Shown here: in pieces, positions 8,009-14,179 of the stretch | Numbering within the stretch: position 1 is the stretch's first letter | Layout: every line of letters starts with the position of its first letter | Assembly: GCA_964616415.1 (NCBI GenBank) | Contig: CAZTUP010000006.1 | Coordinates: 155,129 to 195,128, forward strand | Length of the DNA: 40,000 bases | Origin: an uncultured Candidatus Nitrosotenuis sp. | Lineage (GTDB): Archaea > Thermoproteota > Nitrososphaeria > Nitrososphaerales > Nitrosopumilaceae | Reading direction: 5' to 3' | Position numbers and translations under genes: made by a program | Notes under the pieces: model-generated | What the model saw: only the letters and a program-made list of their open reading frames with translations | What the model was told of the DNA's origin: nothing | Databases searched by the model: none

Positions 8009-8260
8009 ATGTTCAGGTTTGTACGAAAATATAGGAAAATAAACGAAGATAACAGAAAACTAGTCGTTACGAATCAAGAATGGATACCGGATCATCAGGC
8101 GGACTTAGAGTGTGAAGAAGCAATCATCGAAGATAGACGCCGATTCGGCAGAGTACGGACACATCTAATGAGGCATTTACGACAGAAATATGGCTCCAAG
8201 ACGGCAAATAGGGCAATGTGGAGAGTAGGTAAACGAGGATCGAGAGATTCACGAGTATGA
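8009..8260 (+). CDS. Hypothetical small basic protein (casposon cargo)
   Basis: 83-aa Arg/Lys-rich ORF on the same strand as 7314..7964. No motif recognised. Confidence 0.4.
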   Translation: MFRFVRKYRKINEDNRKLVVTNQEWIPDHQADLECEEAIIEDRRRFGRVRTHLMRHLRQKYGSKTANRAMWRVGKRGSRDSRV

Positions 8261-8337
8261 ATCGTTTTAGTGTTGCATCATTTCAAATTAATTTCGATTT
8301 TTATAATAATGATCTAGAAAATATGAGTCCAAATACA

Positions 8338-9630
8338 TCACCGTATTAATTTTTGAGATGTGACAAGATATTTTTTGATCATGGTATTTTTTGGGTCTAA
8401 TTTTAGTGCCTTGTTATACCATTTTATTGCATCTTTGTGTTTTCCTAGATTACCTAATGCTATACCTTTGTTGCCAACTAGGACTGAATTATTTGGAACT
8501 AGTTTCAGTGCCTTGTTATACCACACCAAAGATTGTTTGTCTTTGTGAAGATAACCTAAAGCTGTACCTTTATTCATAAGCGCAGTTGCATCTTTGGGGT
8601 TGATCTTTAGTAGCTCATCTGAACAGATTATTGTTTCCTCATATTTTTGTAGTTTAAGTAATGCGGTGCTTTTGTTTGCAAGGGCGTTTGAATTTTTTGG
8701 TTCATTTTTCAAAGTTTTATTAAAAAATTCTAATGCTTTCTTATGCATACCTAAACTCCCAAATGCAGCTCCAATATTGTTTAGGGTAGTAATATCTTTA
8801 GGATTAATCTTCAGTGCCTTGTTATACCACTTTAGGGCCTCTCGAGGTTTGCCCAAGTTAAACAATGCAAATCCGATACTTCGTAGTGTAATGGCATCAT
8901 CTGAGTTTAGTTTCAAGGATTTATGAAACCACTTTAGGGCTTCACGGTGTTTTCCTAGATTACCTAATGCTATGCCAATAGCACCGACCGTTATCGCATC
9001 ATCTGAGTTTAGTTTCAAGGATTTATGAAACCACTTTAGGGCTTCACGGTGTTTGCCAAGTTTATCTAATGCGAGTCCAATGTTTGATATTACGATCGCA
9101 TCTTTAGGATTAATCTTCAGTGCCTTGTTATACCACTTTAGCGCCTCCTTGGTTTTCCCTAGGCGAGATAATACAACACCTGTGTTAACTGTCGAATTCA
9201 GATGTTTCGGATTGATGTTCAGCGCTTTTTCAAAATATTTCAAAGCAGCACGTAATTTACCCGACTCCCCAAGTTTAACTCCCTTGTAGGATAATGTACT
9301 TACATCACGCGGATTGAGCATAAGTACACGATCAAAATATTTCATAGCATGTTCAGGTTTATTCAATTTGGAGAATACAACTCCAATGCCACGTAATGCG
9401 TCTAAATTATTTGGATCATATTGCAAAATCTTACTGCCCAAAGTAAGAATTTTGTCATATCGTTTAATTTCAAACATATAATTAATTTGTTTTAATGCTG
9501 TTTGCAGATCAAAAGGTGCTCCCATCTCAGTATTCTTCAAAGATGATTCTAATCGATCAATTTTGCTTTCCAATTTAGACATCTTTAATTGTAATTTTTT
9601 TGGAATTCGTGTTCTTGTTTTCTGAATCAA
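8338..9630 (-). CDS. Tetratricopeptide (TPR) repeat protein, ~10 repeats
   Basis: 430 aa. It has a 34-aa periodicity with recurring 'EALKWYNKALKINPKD', after an N-terminal coiled-coil. Confidence 0.85.
   Translation of the reverse strand: MIQKTRTRIPKKLQLKMSKLESKIDRLESSLKNTEMGAPFDLQTALKQINYMFEIKRYDKILTLGSKILQYDPNNLDALRGIGVVFSKLNKPEHAMKYFDRVLMLNPRDVSTLSYKGVKLGESGKLRAALKYFEKALNINPKHLNSTVNTGVVLSRLGKTKEALKWYNKALKINPKDAIVISNIGLALDKLGKHREALKWFHKSLKLNSDDAITVGAIGIALGNLGKHREALKWFHKSLKLNSDDAITLRSIGFALFNLGKPREALKWYNKALKINPKDITTLNNIGAAFGSLGMHKKALEFFNKTLKNEPKNSNALANKSTALLKLQKYEETIICSDELLKINPKDATALMNKGTALGYLHKDKQSLVWYNKALKLVPNNSVLVGNKGIALGNLGKHKDAIKWYNKALKLDPKNTMIKKYLVTSQKLIR
8894..9054. repeat. Tandem 102-bp-period duplication inside the TPR gene (59 bp identical core)
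   Basis: 8894-8952 and 8996-9054 are identical ('gcatcatctgagtttagtttcaaggatttatgaaaccactttagggcttcacggtgttt'). Both encode 'GKHREALKWFHKSLKLNSDDA'. Confidence 0.85.
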
Positions 9631-10136
9631 TTTGAACGCTCCAAGTTAAGATCCGGTTTTACCTCAGTCATAACATTATGAGAGTCCAAGATCTTATTCA
9701 ACTCTTCAATGGATTCCTCATATTCAAACGCTTTATTGACTGCTTCAAGATTTTGTTCTAAGAACTTTTCTAATTTCTTTGGATTATTCTCCAAAACAAT
9801 CAAGGTTGTTTGTAAGGCATATAACTTTCCTAACACTTTATCTCTACGTCTAAGATGTATTGTCCTTTCTATAGTTCCGAATCCATACATTTTTGCACTC
9901 TTACATTGATCAAACTGAAAATCATCCATTAAAATTGCAAGCGCTGATGCTTTTCGATTAATTTTCTTTGTTACTTTAAGATTTGAAAATTTGAATATTG
10001 TTGGAATTTCTCCATCCATAGAAAAATCAGTACTTCTCCAAGGATATTCTTTCTTACAACAGAGCTTATCCCTTCTAAATAATCCCACGAATTTAAAATA
10101 TATCTCATTTTTATAAGCATGATCTAAAATTGACAT
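9627..10136 (-). CDS. Hypothetical protein downstream of cas1 (casposon)
   Basis: 169-aa ORF. It overlaps the cas1 3' end by 26 nt and the TPR gene start by 4 nt. No motif recognised. Confidence 0.5.
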   Translation of the reverse strand: MSILDHAYKNEIYFKFVGLFRRDKLCCKKEYPWRSTDFSMDGEIPTIFKFSNLKVTKKINRKASALAILMDDFQFDQCKSAKMYGFGTIERTIHLRRRDKVLGKLYALQTTLIVLENNPKKLEKFLEQNLEAVNKAFEYEESIEELNKILDSHNVMTEVKPDLNLERSN

Positions 10137-11190
10137 TAATACAAGAATTACGAAAATCCTGAATCATATTTTTAACAATAGTAATTTCTTGACACATTGA
10201 CATCCCATCCTCCCTTTTCAATCCATGTTTGAATTCATATGGTCTTTCAGACTGGAATTTCCTTTCTAATACTTCCAAGAACCTTCGAATCAGATCAGAA
10301 TCCATTACAACATTTCCATCTCTAGTATGAGTGTAATCCTTGAATCGTATTCCGTTCCTATCAAGAATAGAGAATTTGTAAACCGAATATTCAACTAACC
10401 AGCGAAAAGGTTCTATCAAATCATACACTAATGCTTGAAACGAGGTGTCTTGTTTATGATAAAACCCATAGTAAGGATCAAGACCCAAACCATTGATAAA
10501 CTTGGCAATCTCACCAGCTAATACAGTATAACCATAATTCAAGAGCGCATTGATCACATTTGAGGCATAGCGTTTTGAATTGACAAGACCACCGCCACGC
10601 CTAGATGAAAAGCCATGTCTTGCAGGAATGAGTTTGGTATAATTTAGAAAATAGTATCTTCCGCTTCCGGCTTCAATCTTGATTAATTCCTTGAGGTCTG
10701 TCTTTGAATCAATTTGAGAATGACACTGTTCCAGTTTTGAGATTCCATTTTGTAATTCTGGGTTTTCTAAAGATTTGAAGAAATTGATTTGAGATTGGAT
10801 TTTCTCTTTTAGAATCCATTTTTGTAATTGCAATACTTTGATTGGATCTCGAAATGTGTCATACTGACCCATCCTGTATTTTATTGCGGTATTGGAAACC
10901 ATTCCACCATTCATGAAGGAAACTGGATTGCCGTAGGTGTCAGTTAGAATTACGTTGATGTTGTTTTGGTTTAGAATGGAGATTGCTTCTGTGGAAACGT
11001 AGCCTTTTCCAGAGATTACAATTTTTTCGTAGGGAATTTTGGATACAAACCATTCCTCTTTACTCGAGATTCCTGTAATGTCATTTTGACCATTTTTTAG
11101 AATGAGTTTGTTATCTTTGACATTTATAGAAATTCCATAACCACGAAGCAATTTGACGTTATAGTGATTACGTTTACCACCTAAAGTCAA
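10111..11190 (-). CDS. cas1: Cas1-family integrase (casposase)
   Basis: 359 aa with a TTG start. The overall Cas1 layout is an N-terminal beta-domain 'NHYNVKLLRGYGISINVKDNKLILK' and a C-terminal helical catalytic domain ('LIEPFRWLVE'). It lies next to a TIR with no cas2 or array, which is the context typical of casposons. Confidence 0.85.
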   Translation of the reverse strand: MTLGGKRNHYNVKLLRGYGISINVKDNKLILKNGQNDITGISSKEEWFVSKIPYEKIVISGKGYVSTEAISILNQNNINVILTDTYGNPVSFMNGGMVSNTAIKYRMGQYDTFRDPIKVLQLQKWILKEKIQSQINFFKSLENPELQNGISKLEQCHSQIDSKTDLKELIKIEAGSGRYYFLNYTKLIPARHGFSSRRGGGLVNSKRYASNVINALLNYGYTVLAGEIAKFINGLGLDPYYGFYHKQDTSFQALVYDLIEPFRWLVEYSVYKFSILDRNGIRFKDYTHTRDGNVVMDSDLIRRFLEVLERKFQSERPYEFKHGLKREDGMSMCQEITIVKNMIQDFRNSCINVNFRSCL

Positions 11191-11192
11191 GT

Positions 11193-11477
11193 CTATAATT
11201 TGTCGATTTTACGAATGATTTGTTGTTGTATAATAACAAGTAAAATCATCCCAACTGCAAATAGAAAAATTCCAAATTGCGAATAAACGCTACCAATTAT
11301 TGTAAATAGTTTTATCTCCTCTTCTGCCTTTGAAGTAGCATCCAAGCCAATTGTGACACCCAAAATAAATAATGAGGCTCCAAAAATCGCAATAATAGAT
11401 CCAGTAGTTGTTACTACAGTTAATTGTGCATTTAATTTTGCAAGTTTTTTATCAAAATCATACCTATCCATTAACAA
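11193..11477 (-). CDS. Small membrane protein (2-3 TM) between right TIR and cas1
   Basis: 94 aa with hydrophobic segments 'IIAIFGASLFILGVTIGL' and 'FGIFLFAVGMILLVII'. It ends 2 nt before the cas1 start. Confidence 0.5.
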   Translation of the reverse strand: MLMDRYDFDKKLAKLNAQLTVVTTTGSIIAIFGASLFILGVTIGLDATSKAEEEIKLFTIIGSVYSQFGIFLFAVGMILLVIIQQQIIRKIDKL

Positions 11478-11497
11478 GTATTATCAATTGCAAACAA

Positions 11498-11553
11498 TAA
11501 GCATTACGACAAACAGCAGATTCTCCCGCACAAAACGGGGGGATCTCATTTTT
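11498..11553 (-). repeat. Casposon right terminal inverted repeat (56 bp)
   Basis: Exact reverse complement of 3125-3180. Confidence 0.92.
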
Positions 11554-11573
11554 ATCGACAAAGAGTAAAAATG
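11551..11573. repeat. Direct repeat copy 2 (target-site duplication; non-coding copy of the aEF-2 3' end)
   Basis: Identical to 3109-3131. Confidence 0.85.
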
Positions 11574-11621
11574 CAAAGCCCCCCCTCTTGGGCACAAAAA
11601 CTGAAGCTATTTCGTTATGAC
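11567..11621 (+). repeat. Degenerate TIR of a second, decayed casposon
   Basis: 'aaaaatgcaaagccccccctcttgggcacaaaaactgaagctatttcgttatgac' aligns by eye at roughly 60% with the intact TIR. Shared pieces are 'aaaaatg', the C6-7 run, 'ctg' and 'tttNcgtNatg'. It sits in the position expected for a TIR beside the TSD. Confidence 0.5.
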
Positions 11622-11686
11622 TAGATTATGACGTTAGTTAGGATTTGTTGGAAATCTGATAAATACAATATTGATTCTTTATTATT

Positions 11687-11974
11687 GTGGTTAAACAGGC
11701 TCCAGTAAGCATTGGATGGCAAACTGCGATGATCTTTATCCCGTATGCTTGGATTTACGGATTTTATAGAATTGAAAAACTCAGATTAGGCCTTGTTCTC
11801 CTGTTAATGGATTTTGGAATTACACTTGGAGCCAACATATTGTTTACTTGGCTTGGTTTTCCACCATATACAGTACTTGCAGTATGGATCGTTGTAGTCA
11901 TTTCATTGCCAGTTCGTTTCATACGAAAATGGTCTCGTGAATGGAATAGTAAATTTTCGTCTAGTGTATCTTGA
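11687..11974 (+). CDS. Small membrane protein (remnant casposon), syntenic with 11193..11477
   Basis: 95 aa with a GTG start and 2-3 TM segments. Its stop TGA overlaps the TTG of the cas1 fragment. Confidence 0.45.
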   Translation: MVKQAPVSIGWQTAMIFIPYAWIYGFYRIEKLRLGLVLLLMDFGITLGANILFTWLGFPPYTVLAVWIVVVISLPVRFIRKWSREWNSKFSSSVS

Positions 11975-12068
11975 CACTAAAAGGAAAGAAAAATCACTAC
12001 AATGTAAAATTTCTCAAAGGCTACGGTCATTCTGTTTCCCTCAAAGACAACAAAATAATTTTGAAAAT
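11971..12068 (+). pseudogene. cas1: Truncated cas1 (first ~32 codons only)
   Basis: 'MTLKGKKNHYNVKFLKGYGHSVSLKDNKIILK' matches the intact casposase N-terminus 'MTLGGKRNHYNVKLLRGYGISINVKDNKLILK' at 23/32 residues. Similarity stops abruptly at ~12068. The rest of track ORF 11971..12240 is unrelated low-complexity sequence. Confidence 0.8.
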
Positions 12069-12089
12069 GATCAATACCACTTCTAGTTT

Positions 12090-12263
12090 CTACATGTGTT
12101 TATCAAGAAAGCATTTTTCACATACTGTGCTGTCTAACCGGCTCATTGCAAATTCAATCTGTTTTTTATCTAGTCGCCCATGCTGTATGGTATTCAGAAG
12201 TTTCTCTTTATCAATTGGCTCAAACTCTTCATTACAGTGACATTTTTCACACTGACATTTCAT
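12090..12263 (-). CDS. Small Cys-rich (zinc-finger-like) protein, 57 aa, absent from the ORF track
   Basis: Hand translation gives MKCQCEKCHCNEEFEPIDKEKLLNTIQHGRLDKKQIEFAMSRLDSTVCEKCFLDKHM. It has a CxCxxCxC cluster plus CxxC. It lies antisense to the non-homologous tail of ORF 11971..12240. Confidence 0.4.
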   Translation of the reverse strand: MKCQCEKCHCNEEFEPIDKEKLLNTIQHGRLDKKQIEFAMSRLDSTVCEKCFLDKHM

Positions 12264-12314
12264 ACTAGTAACTAGTCAGAATAATTTATAATACATTTTT
12301 CAAAACCAGATTCA

Positions 12315-12479
12315 ATGGGCCTCTTCAAAAAGAAGGAAGAAACAAACGAAACTAAATGCAAGACATGCGGACTGGAACTGCACGACCCAGAGCGCCTAAA
12401 GCGTCATACCAACAAAGCTCACGGACACCTGCCTGCCAAGAAGATGGATGGACAAGACGGTGCCGGCGGAATGTGGTAG
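12315..12479 (+). CDS. Small C2H2-type zinc-finger protein, 54 aa, absent from the ORF track
   Basis: Hand translation gives MGLFKKKEETNETKCKTCGLELHDPERLKRHTNKAHGHLPAKKMDGQDGAGGMW. 'CxxC...HxxxxH' is a classical C2H2 spacing. Confidence 0.5.
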   Translation: MGLFKKKEETNETKCKTCGLELHDPERLKRHTNKAHGHLPAKKMDGQDGAGGMW

Positions 12480-12665
12480 TATTATTTTTGCACCAGATAC
12501 TTTTTGCCCTTTAATTCCAAGTCAATTCTGTCAATATCTGATATCGTTGGCTCGGAGCTTGTCATTTTATGATACATGCGTGTGGTTATGACCATGTTCA
12601 TACCAATCCACAAAATACCATAATAGAGATATGTTGTTCAAATTATGCAGACACTGTAGGACACA

Positions 12666-12917
12666 TTGGAATTTGTCAGAAAAATAAACCAAGACGACTT
12701 TGTCATAATAACAAACAGACTGCGAACCGACTTTAATCTGGTATTTTACAAAGCAGATGATCCGTCAATCATGGAATCATTCAAGATTTTCACTAGGGTC
12801 AAAAACATCAAGGCCACATTATACAAAAACGGAACCTTGTTGGTTCGAGGTGATGCCGCAACACCAGAATATCAACATGTGTTGGATGTCATAGCTAGCA
12901 TACTGGGCTCGCAATGA
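12666..12917 (+). CDS. Hypothetical small protein, possibly resembling the RNase HIII N-terminal (DUF3378) domain
   Basis: 83 aa with a TTG start. 'ATLYKNGTLLVRGDAA' resembles the 'YxSGKvlfQG' motif of that domain. This is a weak assignment from memory. Confidence 0.4.
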   Translation: MEFVRKINQDDFVIITNRLRTDFNLVFYKADDPSIMESFKIFTRVKNIKATLYKNGTLLVRGDAATPEYQHVLDVIASILGSQ

Positions 12918-12945
12918 TATTTACAAATAATCTTGGTTTGGTGGT

Positions 12946-13365
12946 ATGATGATGTCTCAAAAAGTCTGGCTGGGTGGAATATACCTAAAAGAAGAGGGTG
13001 GCTATGCGCTTGTCTTGCGTTCATTACACCACTACAAAAAAAGACTGCGCAACATTAGGAATTCGCCAGAAATCAAAGATGCGCCAATGTTTGCACAAAT
13101 AGTCGAACAAGAGGCAATGAAGGCATATCCACTAGTTGGCTCACTGATAAAAAAAATCAGCGATGCACTGCAAAACCAAGATACACTAAAGAGCCTAGAA
13201 TCTGATCTAGTATTATTTGAGAAAGCCCTAAACTGTTATCAAACCGACATACAAAAAATCGACTCTGATTCATTTTACTCTGATCTAATCCAAGACAAAA
13301 ATATGGCAAATGCAGACCTGCCAAACATCAAATCCGCACTAGCAAGAATAGCGGAATTTTCTTAA
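12946..13365 (+). CDS. Hypothetical protein
   Basis: 139-aa ORF, predicted helical. No motif recognised. Confidence 0.45.
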   Translation: MMMSQKVWLGGIYLKEEGGYALVLRSLHHYKKRLRNIRNSPEIKDAPMFAQIVEQEAMKAYPLVGSLIKKISDALQNQDTLKSLESDLVLFEKALNCYQTDIQKIDSDSFYSDLIQDKNMANADLPNIKSALARIAEFS

Positions 13366-13396
13366 TCTCTAAAAAGACCATACACAATACCAATCC

Positions 13397-13612
13397 ATGA
13401 AAGACGCGCAATGCAAAAAATGCCTGCAGAAATTCCAGCAAAAAGACATTTACACAATACAGCAGTTCCAATACCGAAAGATACCGCCATACCGATGGAC
13501 AGTAGATTTTTTCACTAATCAAAGCATAACTGAGTGGGATTCATTTTGCGAATCCTGCCTTACTCAATATGGACAAATCTCATACACTGAATATGAAAAA
13601 TCAAAAACCTGA
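13397..13612 (+). CDS. Hypothetical small protein with CxxC...CxxC (zinc-ribbon-like)
   Basis: 71 aa with 'CKKC' near the N-terminus and 'CESC' near the C-terminus. Confidence 0.4.
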   Translation: MKDAQCKKCLQKFQQKDIYTIQQFQYRKIPPYRWTVDFFTNQSITEWDSFCESCLTQYGQISYTEYEKSKT

Positions 13613-13648
13613 TTGAATTATATCTATAAAATCTGGGAATAAATCAAA

Positions 13649-14104
13649 ATGAGAAAATCAAACATCTATTCATCAGGAAATAGGCGCAAAATAAACCCAA
13701 ACTGGTTCACAAATCAAACCAGTATGAAAGACATCTCCAGTACAATTCAATCCAAGGACCACAACATCTATCATGTTTATTTCAAAAATGGCTCCAAGAC
13801 AAAACTTCACATCCATAATGGGAATCAGATCCTAATTGCAACTAGTGGCAAGGGGATATTGGAAATATTCAAAAAACAGCAAAACAAAAAAGCTAACTTT
13901 GGCATAACCAAGACAGAATCAATCCGTCTAAATCCCGGGGACATTGTATACATTCCAAAAAACACTCTGCACACTCATGGCTCTATTGGCAAGGCAATAT
14001 TTTCTCATATTGCAATCAATATTTTGCCTTCAAAAAATACCGAATACAAAACTAATTGGTATGAATCCGATTTTAAGAAACTAGCGACTAGTCTGATATC
14101 ATAA
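13649..14104 (+). CDS. Cupin-domain protein
   Basis: 151 aa. 'KLHIHNGNQILIATSGKGILE' and 'GDIVYIPKNTLHTHGS' fit cupin motifs 1 and 2. Confidence 0.6.
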   Translation: MRKSNIYSSGNRRKINPNWFTNQTSMKDISSTIQSKDHNIYHVYFKNGSKTKLHIHNGNQILIATSGKGILEIFKKQQNKKANFGITKTESIRLNPGDIVYIPKNTLHTHGSIGKAIFSHIAINILPSKNTEYKTNWYESDFKKLATSLIS

Positions 14105-14179
14105 GAAAATTCAATCAAATCATCACTAATGATTTAGTCCAAGTGTTTATCAATCTGTAAATGATTATTTTAAACAGCT

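Larger units (their letters stand above)
3125..11553. mobile_element. Casposon (Cas1-dependent self-synthesising transposon), family-1-like, ~8.4 kb, apparently intact
   Basis: It has perfect 56-bp TIRs, a flanking direct repeat of the aEF-2 3' end, a full-length Cas1 homologue and a family B polymerase inside. There is no cas2 or CRISPR array. The ends are ambiguous by about 7 bp. Confidence 0.9.

Noticed and set aside
8360-9289. Plus-strand ORFs antisense to the TPR gene (8360..8548, 8391..8579, 8594..8926, 9053..9289)
   Set aside because: They are mirror images of the TPR repeats, with recurring 'SALLYHF' strings. The minus frame is continuous for 430 aa with canonical TPR consensus.
10111-11190. 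cas1 as evidence for a CRISPR-Cas adaptation module or CRISPR locus
   Set aside because: There is no cas2, no other cas genes and no direct-repeat/spacer array anywhere in the 40 kb. The gene lies inside TIR-bounded DNA with a family B polymerase, which is the casposon context.
11971-12240. Track ORF of 89 aa as an intact gene
   Set aside because: Only the first ~32 codons are cas1-like. The remainder is an unrelated Ser/Leu/Cys-rich read-through that overlaps a better small ORF on the opposite strand. It is called a truncated pseudogene instead.
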